A DNA stretch of 64,000 nucleotides from Mytilus trossulus (GCF_036588685.1 NC_086373.1:70928001-70992000), one strand, 5' to 3'. Positions 1 through 11,522 are shown, counted from the first letter of the stretch. Notes: generated from the sequence alone by a model not told the origin. Numbers and translations are program-made.

Positions 1-899
1 GCTTCATACTTTGCCTAGTATAAATTGACTGTACCTCTGGTATCTTTCGTCCCTCTTTAAGTCTATAGATAAAGCTTCAGTTGATTTCACAGAAAATAGC
101 TTTTAAAATATAGCACGAGCAAAAATATAATGGGTATGAGTAAATGTAGCATACGTTCTTAACAGAACACTATCAATTATATAAAAATATTACAACAACT
201 ACACTGCTGTCGAGATTTAAAGCTGAAAGAAGGTTTATAACTTTACCTTCAAATTTTTTTTGGTGTTAGTTATAGCAAAACACGAGTACAAAAAGATGTG
301 CGAAATACATTAGTTAGACATATCAATGATCCATATGTGCCTTAAAAAAATCCGAAAAAGCTCTACCATAATGAGATTTGTTTTAAATTTTCATACTTTT
401 TGTCCTTCAAAAAATCAAATTAAAAAGTATTACATTTTCTGAGCCCAGCCGTAACTCAAAAAGAAAATCTGGGCAGCTAAAGAAGGACTGTAAAATGAGA
501 ACATTTATAATCTAAAAATTGAGAAGTTAGTTTTTGTCAAAAACACGCAATTGGTTATCGGCAAATTCACAAAAACACACGAAGAAATAAAATTGTGATT
601 GCTAACAAATCTTTAACTTCAAGACGGATAAAAACCTTAGGATTAAAACTGTTGTTAAAAATTTAAAAAACATGATATGCATATAGAATGCAAGTGTTTG
701 TTTAGATTTGCTGGTAATAATTCTAAGGTTAAAGGACGAAACATATGAAATACAAAGTAACACATTGACAATTTAATAACCACAACGGTCTAAACGATAC
801 ACCAATAGCTTTATCAGGCAGACCAATTCATAGATATAAGAAGATGTGGTATGAGTGCCAATGAGACAACTCAAATTCAGGTTGTTTACGTGTTACTAA

Positions 900-1275
900 T
901 GTACTATTGTATGGTTATTAATGTATTTCTTTGTCCTGAATGTTCTTGCATTTATTTGTACTGTATTCTTGTCATGTAATGGTGTCTTTTTAGTGGTATA
1001 TTTAACATTGCCATAAAAGCACGATGGTTTGACTAGCCACAAAACCAGGTTCAACCAAAATTTTGTTTAAATTTCCTGTACCAATCAGGAAAATGGTAGT
1101 TGTTATCTTTTAGTTCGTTTCTGTGTGTGATGCATTGTCGTTTGTCTTTGCTGCACTTTATTGTTTCTGTTGTTTCGTTGTTTTCCTCCGATAGTTGATG
1201 TGTTTACCTCGGTTTTAGTTTGTAACCCGGATTTGTTTTCTGTTAATCGATTTATAACTACTGTTGCCTTTATTT
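900..1275 (+). repeat. Interspersed SINE-like repeat, degenerate
   Basis: Contains a CTAGC..AAAACCAGGTTCAA core shared with 18590-18885 and 51005-51333. Its 3' part (CCTCGGTTTTAGTTTG..TACTGTTGCCTTTATT) recurs at 4200-4357. Confidence 0.55.
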
Positions 1276-1654
1276 AATGGTAAAAAGTAAACCATTATCG
1301 TGCAAAGTACGGCCTTCAACACTCTACGCGGACTCATAATTGAGGTAAGAATAGCAACAATCAGTAACTACACCATCAAAGCTATGTATATAAGAAAAAA
1401 GGTAATACTTTTGATATATGTTTTTTTCTGGTCACAATTACGCTTATTATTCTAATGTTTGTATATTTTCACTTCCAATAGTTACATTTAGAAAATATAA
1501 ATGATGATTGATATAGCTTTGATATTTAAAACGGTATATTTCCATGCCATAGCCACTATTTTATGTCAATACAATCAGATCAAAGGTGGTATTTAATATT
1601 TCTTGGATGAATAAACATATACTAAATGTTGATAGTTGCATCCTTTAGAGAACG

Positions 1655-1806
1655 AAATTCACATGTACATTGTCATTGCGTCAAAACATGATAAATGTAC
1701 TACAAGGTTAGGTAAATTTTAACGAATATATTATGTAATTAAAATGGGAATTTTAGAAATAATTTGTAGGTAATAACTGCATGTCATTTATCAGAATATA
1801 TATAAG
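1655..1806 (+). promoter_or_regulatory. Promoter of vWA paralogue 1: conserved block plus TATA-like box
   Basis: AAATTCACATGTACATTGTCATTGCGTCAAAA (1655-1686) is conserved upstream of all three paralogues. TATATAAG lies ~65 bp before the ATG. Confidence 0.55.
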
Positions 1807-1868
1807 TCGGTTACCATCTAGCACAATATCACTTGTTTTATACATGTGGATAAACATTGTATAAAAAT

Positions 1869-3110
1869 ATGATTAAGGCAAAACAACTATTTATCCTATT
1901 TTGGTTATTTAGCGTGCTGTTGGTAAAAGGATTTCACGCCATACTGCCAAATGTGCCTCTTAGCCAACATGGACAATTAGATTTGGCATTTTTAATAGAC
2001 ACAACAGGCAGCATGGGTTCGTATATCGAAAGTGCAAAGCAGAACATCAGAGGAATTGTAAACGAAATAGTTACTTCATCCGGCAGTGATGTACGATTAG
2101 CGTTGATAGAATATAGAGATCATTCACCACAAGATAGAACTTTTGTCACCCGCAAAAATGACTTCACATCTTCTGTATCCACTATGAAATCCTGGTTAAA
2201 TACTGCACGTGCTAGAGGAGGAGGTGATGGACCGGAAGCAGTAGCAGACGCTATGTTCGAATCAACTAAATTATCATGGCGACAGGATGCAACAAAAATA
2301 TGTGTCATGATATCTGATGCACCTCCCCATGGACTTGTGCCGTCCGAAGACAGTTCATTTCCACAGGGATCTCCAAACGGTCATGATCCGATGCAAATAG
2401 CTCGTGACTTGGCCCAGAAAGATATAACTTTATATGTCATTGGCGTGGAGCCACCAATTGTTTCTTATAAAGACTTTTTCATGGCTTTAGCTTATCTCAC
2501 AGGAGGCCAGTATGTCCCCTTGTCGATACCTCGTCTTTTGGTTAATGTTATAACAGGGGGAGCTCAGGAAGAACTTTCATTACAAAGGTATCAAACAGAC
2601 ATACAGCATGAAATCGACACATATTATGGAGGCGGTGGAGGTGGTGGAGGCGGAGGAGAAGGGGGAGGTGGTGGTTCCAAACCAATAAACAAACAAGAGA
2701 TTGCTAATTCTCTTTACCAGAAATTTAAAAAATTAGGTGCTAAATCCAAACATTTATCTAGGAACAATAAAGCTATAGAAGGCCCTTCAGCAAATGCTAA
2801 GTTAATAGCATTAAAATATTCGATGGCAGAAGTAAGGAAAGTATTTAAAAAAGGAACAACTCCAGGAACATTAGGAGGTGGCGGCAGTGGCAGTGGGAGA
2901 TTCAGTGGCGGAGGGAGCGGCAGTGGGAGCCATAGTGGCGGAGGGAGCCATAGCGGAGGAGGTGGCGGAGGTGGCGGTGGAGGCGGGGGTGGTGGTGGCG
3001 GTGGTGGCTCAAGTAGAAGTGACACATATTCAACAAAAGAATCTGGAATAACACTGGAACAAATTAACAGATTAGTCGAAAGGAAGACGGCAAGATTACC
3101 AAGGGGTTAA
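1869..3110 (+). CDS. Secreted vWA-domain protein with Gly-rich inserts (paralogue 1, 413 aa, no intron in CDS)
   Basis: First ATG at 1869 (the ORF track starts at TTG 1857). Hydrophobic signal-like N-terminus LFILFWLFSVLLVKG. vWA motifs DLAFLIDTTGSM (MIDAS variant), EYRD, GGGDGPEAV, ISDAPPHG. Poly-Gly tracts. C-terminal STKESGITLEQINRLV shared with both paralogues. Confidence 0.9.
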   Translation: MIKAKQLFILFWLFSVLLVKGFHAILPNVPLSQHGQLDLAFLIDTTGSMGSYIESAKQNIRGIVNEIVTSSGSDVRLALIEYRDHSPQDRTFVTRKNDFTSSVSTMKSWLNTARARGGGDGPEAVADAMFESTKLSWRQDATKICVMISDAPPHGLVPSEDSSFPQGSPNGHDPMQIARDLAQKDITLYVIGVEPPIVSYKDFFMALAYLTGGQYVPLSIPRLLVNVITGGAQEELSLQRYQTDIQHEIDTYYGGGGGGGGGGEGGGGGSKPINKQEIANSLYQKFKKLGAKSKHLSRNNKAIEGPSANAKLIALKYSMAEVRKVFKKGTTPGTLGGGGSGSGRFSGGGSGSGSHSGGGSHSGGGGGGGGGGGGGGGGGGSSRSDTYSTKESGITLEQINRLVERKTARLPRG

Positions 3111-3917
3111 AATGTAAAAAAAAACACAAAAAAACAATTATAAGCAGGTAATGTTTACGTGTTTTTGACTTCTTCTTTCTTTATTTGATCAGTTAAACCA
3201 TTACATGAAAGTATAGTTTGTTCCTTTACTTAATGATGTAAAGATTCATAAATAGAATTGAAGCATCTATTCTACACCCAAAAAAAAAGATAAGTGTTTA
3301 TTGATTTAACCGTTGTGATTAAACATGACACACCGGTAATAATAGAATTGGTTTCCCATGACTTGAAATGGAAAAAATTTGATTGTAAATAACCATGTTG
3401 TATAATACTGTCAAATTTTCTCACACAACTATATACAATTTTTTGTTTGCGGGTTGTTAGAATGTTAGAATTATTTATTTGTTCTTTTTCTTTTGTTATT
3501 TTTTTTAATCAGTTTAGTCGTATGTCTGTGTATGTAAACTAAACGTACTGGTATAAGACGGCCCTACATTTTTGTCTCTGAACCTGATTCAGATAATCCA
3601 GAAATTGATCTGTCACAAATATCAATACTTTTTACTTCTTTTCGGTCTTTACTGCAAGCGAAAGTTATATCACCTTTCATGGTGTCAATTAAGCCATTTA
3701 GGTTAATCTATAGTGCATTTTTTACATTATTTTTACATTAATTTACATTAACCAAAATATAAGACATACCGTTGATGCTTTTTAATTATATAGAAGGCAA
3801 TGCACTGTATTTTGTTTTCCTACCCTTTGTGAGTGCTCATATCAAAGTATAATCCAGAAACATCATGTGAGGCAGAACAGACTGTACGTTTTACTTTTGA
3901 TTAACAATCAATAGGTC

Positions 3918-4400
3918 AAAATAAACTCGTCATAGATACCAGTATTGAATTATTGTATTTACGCCAGGCGTGCGTTTTGTCTACAAAAGAATCATCAATG
4001 ACGCTCGAATGGAAAAAGGTAAAATGGCCAAACAAAGCACGAAGTAGAAGACCAAACATTCATAAAAGTTTTGCCAAAAACAGCTAAAGTAATATATTCC
4101 AGAGGTTGAAAAGCCTACGTGGCACGGTACTTGTTTATCCCAAATTCATGTATATTAGATGTTATATTTGTTATTCTCGTGGGATTTTGTCTGATGCTTG
4201 GTCCGTGTCTGTGTGTGTTGCGTTTCGGTGCTGTGTCGTTGTTCTCCTCTTATATTTAATGCGTTTCCCTCGGTTTTAGTTTGTTACCCCGATTTTGTTT
4301 TTTCTCCATGGATTTACGAGTTTTGAAGAGCGGTATATACTACTGTTGCCTTTATTTAGTATTTTAAAATTCAAAGTTTAGTTAACAGTAAATTTATAAG
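3918..4400 (-). mobile_element. Decayed retrozyme copy (family A) with mutated hammerhead, interrupted by a SINE-like repeat at ~4118-4357
   Basis: Colinear with 4505-4750. The core at 3961-4004 reads TTGATGA..AAAA instead of CTGATGA..GAAA. Homology resumes after ~4357. Confidence 0.6.
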
Positions 4401-4504
4401 CAATATCTATTTTACTATAAGTTTTTAAGTTCTTAAGTCAATTTTGATGAATGGTAATGAAGTTTAAAGATTCAGATTAGCCTTACCGATTGATTATATG
4501 TCGG

Positions 4505-4870
4505 TAAATAGTTATCAAAAGTACCAGGATTATAATTTTATACGCCAGACGCGCGTTTCGTCTACATAAGACTCATCAGTGACGCTCAGATCAAAATAGT
4601 TTGAAAGCCAAACAAATACAAAGTTGAAGAGCATTGAGGACCCAAAATTCCAAAAAGTTGTGCCAAATACGGCTAAGGTTATCTACTCCTGGGGTAAGAA
4701 CATCCTTAGTTTTTCGAAAAATTCAAAGTTTTGTACACAGAAAATTTATAAAAATGACCATATAATTGATATTCATGTCAACACCGTAGTGCTGACTACT
4801 GGGCTGGTGATACCCTCGGGGACGAAACGTCCACCAGCAGTGGCATCGACCCAGTGGTTTAAATAGTTAT
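4505..4870 (-). mobile_element. Non-LTR retrozyme monomer (family A, 355-nt unit)
   Basis: Bounded by direct repeat TAAATAGTTAT (4505-4515 and 4860-4870). Contains an intact minimal hammerhead and the structured motif shared with family B. Confidence 0.8.
4542..4585 (-). ncRNA. Minimal type I hammerhead ribozyme
   Basis: Minus strand reads GCGUCA-CUGAUGA-GUCU(UAUGU)AGAC-GAAA-CGCGCG-UC/UGGCGU: core boxes intact, stem I and stem II pair, palindromic stem III, GUC cleavage triplet. Confidence 0.9.
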
Positions 4871-5397
4871 AAACTATTTACAGGCTCAATAGATAAATGT
4901 AAGGCCATAGATCAGACATTTACAACAATGCAAATGACATTATTAACCAATATTTTAATTTGTTCGTTAATATTTCCTATGCAAGTTGAATCATAAAAAA
5001 CAAACACAGGACTAACAATCCTCATCTTGTAAAACATTTCCGTAGACACAAGGAAGGCTACTACTGGAATCGGGAGCACAGAATTGTGACACCATAAATT
5101 ATGGTTGCAATGAGAAAAAATGTTGAATAGGTATGATTCTTGTAGCTCGGCGAAAGTGAAGATCACTTTCAACTCTGAAACTTAAAGTAGACATCGTCAT
5201 GGTCATCGCCATTATGTATCACTTACTTAGCATGATGTCTCTTTTAATGAAATTGAAATTATTATAAATTAAGGAATGTATCTCCCTCATGCAAAGCTCT
5301 GATTCCTTTTAGGATTTGGCTATACTTTTTGGACCTTTTGGATTATAGCTCTTCATCTTTTTATATAAGCTTTGGGTTTCAAATATTTTGGCCACGA

Positions 5398-5441
5398 GCA
5401 TCACTGAAGAGACATGTATTGTCGAAATGCGCATCTGGTGC
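5398..5441 (+). ncRNA. Minimal type I hammerhead ribozyme
   Basis: GCAUCA-CUGAAGA-GACA(UGUAU)UGUC-GAAA-UGCGCA-UC/UGGUGC: core intact, palindromic stem III, predicted cleavage after C5435. Confidence 0.9.
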
Positions 5442-5748
5442 AGAAAAATTGGTACCGTTAATGTTATTACTACCACTGGGTCGATGCCTCTGCTGGTGGA
5501 CTGTTAGTCCCCGAGGGTATCACCAGCCCAGTAGCCAGTACTTCGGTACTGGCATGAAAATACGGATTTTTTTGTGTTATTAAAATTTGCTGTTACAAAA
5601 TGTTTGAAATTATTATAAATTAAGGAATGTATCTCCCTCATGCAAAGCTCTGATTCCTTTTAGGATTTGGCTATACTTTTTGGACCTTTTGGATTATAGC
5701 TTTTCATCTTTTTATATAAGCTTTGGATTTCAAATATTTTGGCCACGA

Positions 5749-5792
5749 GCATCACTGAAGAGACATGTATTGTCGAAATGCGCATCTGGTGC
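5749..5792 (+). ncRNA. Minimal type I hammerhead ribozyme (second copy)
   Basis: Identical to 5398-5441 and 351 nt downstream. Predicted cleavage after C5786. Confidence 0.9.
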
Positions 5793-6044
5793 AGAAAAAT
5801 TGGTACAGTTAATGTTATTAATGGACTTCTGCCATTTATAAATACATATTTATCACATTCGCTGGCAGCGTGATGCACCAACCCTTCCAAAACTTCATCC
5901 TCTGTGCAGCTTATGTTTGAAAAAACACTGTTACAAACCCTCATTCAAATTTTCAAATCTATATACATTTAACGCTTTCGTCTAGCATATTGTCAGTAAC
6001 ATATTGTTTCGGAGCGGTTCTAAGTAGACAAAAGATGTTTTCTA

Positions 6045-6480
6045 CATATCATTTTGCTAATCAAGGTATCGATGACATCGACTTAGGCAATCTTTTAAAA
6101 TCAATCAACTCACTCGAAAATACTTCCCTATTCAAAGATCAGTCAGAAGCTTTCTTGTCTTTTACCTAAACAAAAGCTTTTGGAACTATAATTTTCATTT
6201 ACTAACACGTGTTGCATGATCTCAATATTGAAGACTTCGTGTCTACCTCTCCCGCCTCCACCTATTGTAACTTCTCATTTATATAATCCAGCAGTTCACT
6301 TTATTACTAGTGTCATGCACATTGTCAAATACACTACTTTTTACAATGTATCCTTATACCCGATATGTCGTGAGCATTAATACATTAGTTCAAAAGGATA
6401 CATTGTAAAAATTAGTGAATTTGACAAAACTTCAAAATACTGATGGATTCAATCGATGAGTATGCCAATAAATAGGATCC
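6045..6480 (+). pseudogene. Highly decayed retroelement ORF remnant, possibly Penelope-like
   Basis: Frame-broken peptides FANQGIDDIDLGNLL, HVLHDLNIEDF, IYNPAVHFIT and FKILMDSIDEYA resemble, from recall only, the region upstream of RT in bivalve Penelope-like ORFs. Confidence 0.35.
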
Positions 6481-6913
6481 TCATTACTACGGATATGTTG
6501 TGTACCGAGCCCTGGATTTTGGACACGGTCCAAGTAAAATTGCTAATACTTTAAAAAAAAAAAAAAACTTAATCTAGGAAGATCAATTATTCAACACTGT
6601 GATTAATTCTTTGAAAATTGTTTTAATTTGTAGTAATATTGCTTTTGTTATCAGTAATGAAGACTAACTATTATTTTTATATATATATGCAAATGTACGG
6701 CTCTACAATCCTTCGATACCAGTATATTGGCATTGCACAAGGTCCTGTTTTTCTCTGACTGATTATAACGTCTTTGTTACTAAATCCAATTGACTTAGGA
6801 TGCGTTAAGATCGATATTTCAGTCTTTAATAGATGTAGGATTGTTTTTCATTAGTTGTTATTGACTTTGAACTATATGAAGCATTTGCGAGTACTTTCCG
6901 TTATCTTCAGACA

Positions 6914-9266
6914 GTCATTCCCAAAAAATGAGTACAATTACAAAATTAGTGTCGCCGGCAAATAACCACAAAATGCAAGCTTAACATATGTCACAGATAA
7001 TCTTTTTCGTGTTTTAAGTGATTAATATGTATACTAAAATAAAATTGTATTCTTTTGTGATGTAAATCGTAAATATATTTGTGTGATTTTCTATTCAATT
7101 TACGGAAATCACACGAATTACGAATGTCGCCAAGAAAAACTCCAAATATCGGTGTGAATTGAAATACTTTATTTCATCTAAATCATGATTAGATATGCAC
7201 TATTTTTTTGACACTGTATAGATTTTTATCCACAAAAATATTTTAGAATCAAGTTGTAATATACACTTTGATTTACTCATTAAACCAATGTCGCCGATAA
7301 ACGTATAACCTACCGTAACGTATCTTTAGGTACAGTCAAAACATATTTATATGATTGAAAATCATGCCCAAAGTGACTTTAAGCAAAGTTGGTACATCAA
7401 ATTTTAAAATCCTGCCTTTAACTTTTATTGCAATGAAACGAAAAATCAAAAAAAATCTTCTTTCTCTCTTTTTTGTTTATTGTCGCATATAAGAATCTAA
7501 CCTACGTAACGCGTATTTTGGAACGCACTAACCAAGAACAAATCAAAATGCTGATTATTTCATTGAAATCACCCATAAAGCGTCTTAATAATCAGTTTTG
7601 AGAAAGCAACTCAACAATATTATAACATATGTCCATGTATAATGTAAATAACACTCACCTCCGTTTAAATAACCTCCGTGACGCAGTTATTTACAGTTTA
7701 GTTGTCAGACATTTTTTTATCAGTGTCAGCGGCTGCTGACACTGCCGAAAGTAATTTTTGTAGCAGACAGCATTTATTATAAAGGAAACAGACAAACAAA
7801 ATACTGAAAAAATACCCAAAATGTTGTTTTGAGATAGGTAGGTTAACTTGTTTTTCCCTATTATGTGAGCAACATTATAACGTTTAATAAAAGTTATATC
7901 AGCCTTTTTCTTAGATTTGAAATAGTCTACAACACAACTTGTGTAATTACGACGACAATCATAACTTTAACAATGGTTTTTAGCAAACATTTTCAAGATT
8001 ATTTAGGACTCAACAATGTAACGGAGGTTGTGCAAATAAAAAAAATCTAAACATGCATGTAAACACGATCATACCAATTGAAATTCTTGTACATTGTTAT
8101 AGATACCAAATCTGTCCATCAATTATCACTAATAAATACCAAAAGGTGATGTCTATCATAGAGGACATCATTGATTTACGTTACGGAGGATAGAAAATTA
8201 AGGAATAAAAGATTTTTTCTCTAACAGGACTTTACTCTTCTTCGATAAGGATGTACTTAGAAAAATGTGTAATTCTGTTGTCTTGTTTGTCATTCAATTC
8301 CAATATTTACATTCATTTATATGTTGAACTGGAATTGTCCGTTATGGAGGTTTTAAATGTCGTTACGGAGGATAGAAATTTTCGAAATGAAACTATTTGA
8401 CTCCAAAACTTCATAGTTGAGTATAATGTATACATTATAGTGTGAAGGAAGATGACATTATCTGTAAAGAGCTAATAAAATTAAGTTGAACATTATTCGG
8501 TTTAGGTAAATAATATTTTTAGTGAAAGTTCATGAATCGTTGCGAAGATTTTGACAAGAACAAGTTCATTTGACTAAAAGAAACATACAACTTGATAGAA
8601 AACAGTTTTTTTAGTTTGTAATGTCAATAAATTGTTTAGAAAAGCTAGCATTAAAGAGTTAAGTGTTACTATGTATCAGCATTTAGATACTGGTTTGATA
8701 TTAACCTCCGTAACAAAGATGGGGGTGTGGATTGATACAAGCATAACAAATACATACAAGTGATTCAAAACATATATAATAGGGTTTTTCCTTGAAAGCT
8801 GTATTATGAAACTAAAATAATATACAGCATACCATTTCATAAGTTTAAATTCATTACTAAATAAGTTGTGAAAACTATTAATTTGAATTATTTTTTAAAC
8901 GCTATATAAATTCAGACCTTAAAATTGGTATTTGCTTTCAATATAAACAGAATAATACGTATAAATCAGTTTGCTATGGTGGTAAATGTTTCCCTTTTCA
9001 CATGAGCCTTGATTTAAATCTTGTGTTTTTCTCTAATGCAATTTTAAAGATGACTTTATACAACACTAACCTCCGATACGTTCATACTGACCTTGTCTTA
9101 CAAAAAAAGCTAAAACTTGAAAACAACTAAAATGGTGTAAGTAAAAATTTAAAAAATGACAGACTAGATATAGACACAGAAGAAAACAGCACTCTCTCTC
9201 TGCTCAGTTGAAATTTATTTTTTAACAGTGTCTACATTCGAATTGTACCCATTTTTTGGGAATGAC
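6914..9266. mobile_element. Non-autonomous TIR DNA transposon (~2.35 kb)
   Basis: GTCATTCCCAAAAAATGAGTACAATT and AATTGTACCCATTTTTTGGGAATGAC are inverted termini. Dispersed internal CCTCCGTAAC-type motifs occur in both orientations. TSD unclear. Confidence 0.7.
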
Positions 9267-10169
9267 AATCTGTAATTTGTGTCTTTCTATTGTTTGAATG
9301 TATAAATACCCGTCTACGTTCACTCTGTGTATTTCTATTTGTATCTATTTGATGAGTTTATCATATCGTACAAATTATATCATAAAAGATAACGAGTCTG
9401 ATAGCATACAGTGGGGTATCCAGTATGTCATGTTGTCCAACTTTTATTACCTTTATTTCTGGCTGTCAATAATACGAAATTATGTAACTGGTCTTTGTAT
9501 CAGATGAAAGTATGATCTCTGTTATGCTTCGAATTATAATACCATTGACTTCCATATGAGTTTGTTTGTGTGGCTGCACCATAGACGCAGAATTAGAACT
9601 AGAAATTGTGTCTACCATGCATATTTGAATACAGATAGTCTTTACAATTAAAATAAACAAATAAATTTAAACGTGCAGTTGTAGATCTTGAGAAATATGT
9701 TTCATCATTTATCCATGGGTTTACATAGTTTGAAAACGAAAATATTTCAATGATATAAAATGGTTACCCCCAAACTTAATAAAAACCCTGTTTCAACCTG
9801 TTGTCATATGTTCCTAAAATGTGATTGATATCCTGCTGTTATGATTATTTAAATGCTCATAAATGAGATCAGTCAACCTTTGACCATCAATAAGCACAAC
9901 GTTACGCTTAAGAAAACCCATGTTGTTTAACATAGTAAATTTAATTCAGATTATGGATAGGAACATCTTTGAGGTGAGGGAGTACAAACTGTATTGTATA
10001 TGATAGTTTTTAATGATTCAATAAATGTAAATGAGAAAACAGTCACTCATATAAACATACACAATAAGTCAGTTAATTCATCAAGAAAAGTCTAGATTCT
10101 TTGGTTCATTATTTTGCTCACCCATATAATTAGTCTATCACAAATACACAATGTCATGCTGATAAAATC

Positions 10170-11474
10170 TCAAACACTAGGTAATCTTGCAGTCTCTTTT
10201 TGAACTAGTCTGTTAATTTGTTCCAAGGTTATTCCAGATTCTTTTGTTGAAAGTTTGTCACTAACACTTGAACTCGGACTACTAGCTTTAGATAGTCCGA
10301 TTTTGGAAAACGAACTTGACATTCGCCGTGCACTTCCTCCTCCGCTTCTACGGAACCCACCCTTCGTTGCGAAATCTGGCATCAACCTACCCAATCTTTT
10401 ACGTGGTGAAAATGAAAATGATGTTCTCGGAGTATTTCCTTTTTTGAATATTTTTCTTACTTCTGCCATTGATTTTTTCGATGCTAATAATTTAGCATCA
10501 GCAGAAGGTCCATCTAGAGTTTTGTTGTTCTTAACCAGTTGTGTAGATTTTGCACCTGATTTCTTGAGCTTTCGGAATACAGTTTGTGCAATTTTCTGTC
10601 TATCTATTGACGTGCCTGACCCGGCCGCTGCAGAAGCTTGTTTAATTTCTCGTTGCACGTCTGCTTGAAACTTCCGTAAAGACAGTTCTTCCTGAGCTCC
10701 CCCTGTTATAGCATTAACTAAAAGACGAGGTACTGATAATGGGACATATTGACCTCCTGTGAGATAAGCTAAAGCCATGAAAAAATCCTTGTATGGAACA
10801 ATTGGAGGCTCCACGCCAATAACATATAAAGTAACACCCTTCTGAGCCAAGTCACGAGCTATTTGCATAGGATCGTGACCATTTGGAGATCCCTGTGGAA
10901 ACGACGTGTCTTCAGACGGCACAAGTCCATGAGGAGGGGCATCAGATATCAAGACACTTATTTTAGTTGCATCCTGTCGCCATGACAATCTAGTTGTTTC
11001 AAACATAGCGTCTGCAACGGCTTCCGGTCCATCACCTCCTCCTCTAGCACGTGCAGTATTTAACCATGATTTCATAGTAGATACAGAAGACGTAAAGTCA
11101 TTTTTTCGGGTGACAAAAGTCCTATCTTCAGGTGAATGGTCTCTATATTCTATCAATGCTAATCGTACATCACTGCCGGATGAAGTAACTATTTCCTCTA
11201 CAATTTCTCTGATGTTCTGCTTTGCACTATTTATATACGAACTCATACTGCCTGTTGTGTCCATTATGAATGCTAGATCTAATTTTCCATTTTGGGAAGA
11301 TGATGGTTTTATGAAGTCAACAATGGACTCCTGTTGTCCTTCAGGTTTAAAACGCGTGTCTGGAAGTTTAATGCTTTTTCCTTTCACAGATTTTATTATT
11401 CTAGTGTTGATCCCAGTTATTAATAACACACACAGAAGCCAAAATGATATACAAGATTGTGTTGCCTTGGTCAT
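10170..11474 (-). CDS. Secreted vWA-domain protein with basic Arg/Ser/Phe-rich tail (paralogue 2, 434 aa, no intron in CDS)
   Basis: ATG start, signal-like ISFWLLCVLLITG, same vWA motifs (DTTGSM, GGGDGPEAV, DAPPHG), conserved C-terminal peptide. Confidence 0.9.
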   Translation of the reverse strand: MTKATQSCISFWLLCVLLITGINTRIIKSVKGKSIKLPDTRFKPEGQQESIVDFIKPSSSQNGKLDLAFIMDTTGSMSSYINSAKQNIREIVEEIVTSSGSDVRLALIEYRDHSPEDRTFVTRKNDFTSSVSTMKSWLNTARARGGGDGPEAVADAMFETTRLSWRQDATKISVLISDAPPHGLVPSEDTSFPQGSPNGHDPMQIARDLAQKGVTLYVIGVEPPIVPYKDFFMALAYLTGGQYVPLSVPRLLVNAITGGAQEELSLRKFQADVQREIKQASAAAGSGTSIDRQKIAQTVFRKLKKSGAKSTQLVKNNKTLDGPSADAKLLASKKSMAEVRKIFKKGNTPRTSFSFSPRKRLGRLMPDFATKGGFRRSGGGSARRMSSSFSKIGLSKASSPSSSVSDKLSTKESGITLEQINRLVQKETARLPSV

Positions 11475-11522
11475 ATTGTCAGATACCTTATTGAATAATC
11501 TATGATGAAAGCTAGTAACGAG

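Larger units (their letters stand above)
5250..5817 (+). mobile_element. Non-LTR retrozyme, ~1.6 tandem copies of a 351-nt unit (family B)
   Basis: Near-identical direct repeat with period 351 (5255 vs 5606), one hammerhead per unit. Candidate TSD TTAATG at 5244-5249 and 5818-5823. Confidence 0.85.

Noticed and set aside
2714-3025. Poly-proline ORF on the - strand
   Set aside because: Antisense shadow of the poly-Gly codons of vWA paralogue 1.
4624-5583. 80-86 aa ORFs in and around the retrozymes
   Set aside because: Non-ATG starts and no recognisable domain. The conserved signal here is RNA structure.
10310-10410. Furin-released antimicrobial peptide from the basic tail of paralogue 2
   Set aside because: Dibasic sites exist (RKR, RR) but there is no canonical R-x-K/R-R site and no other support.
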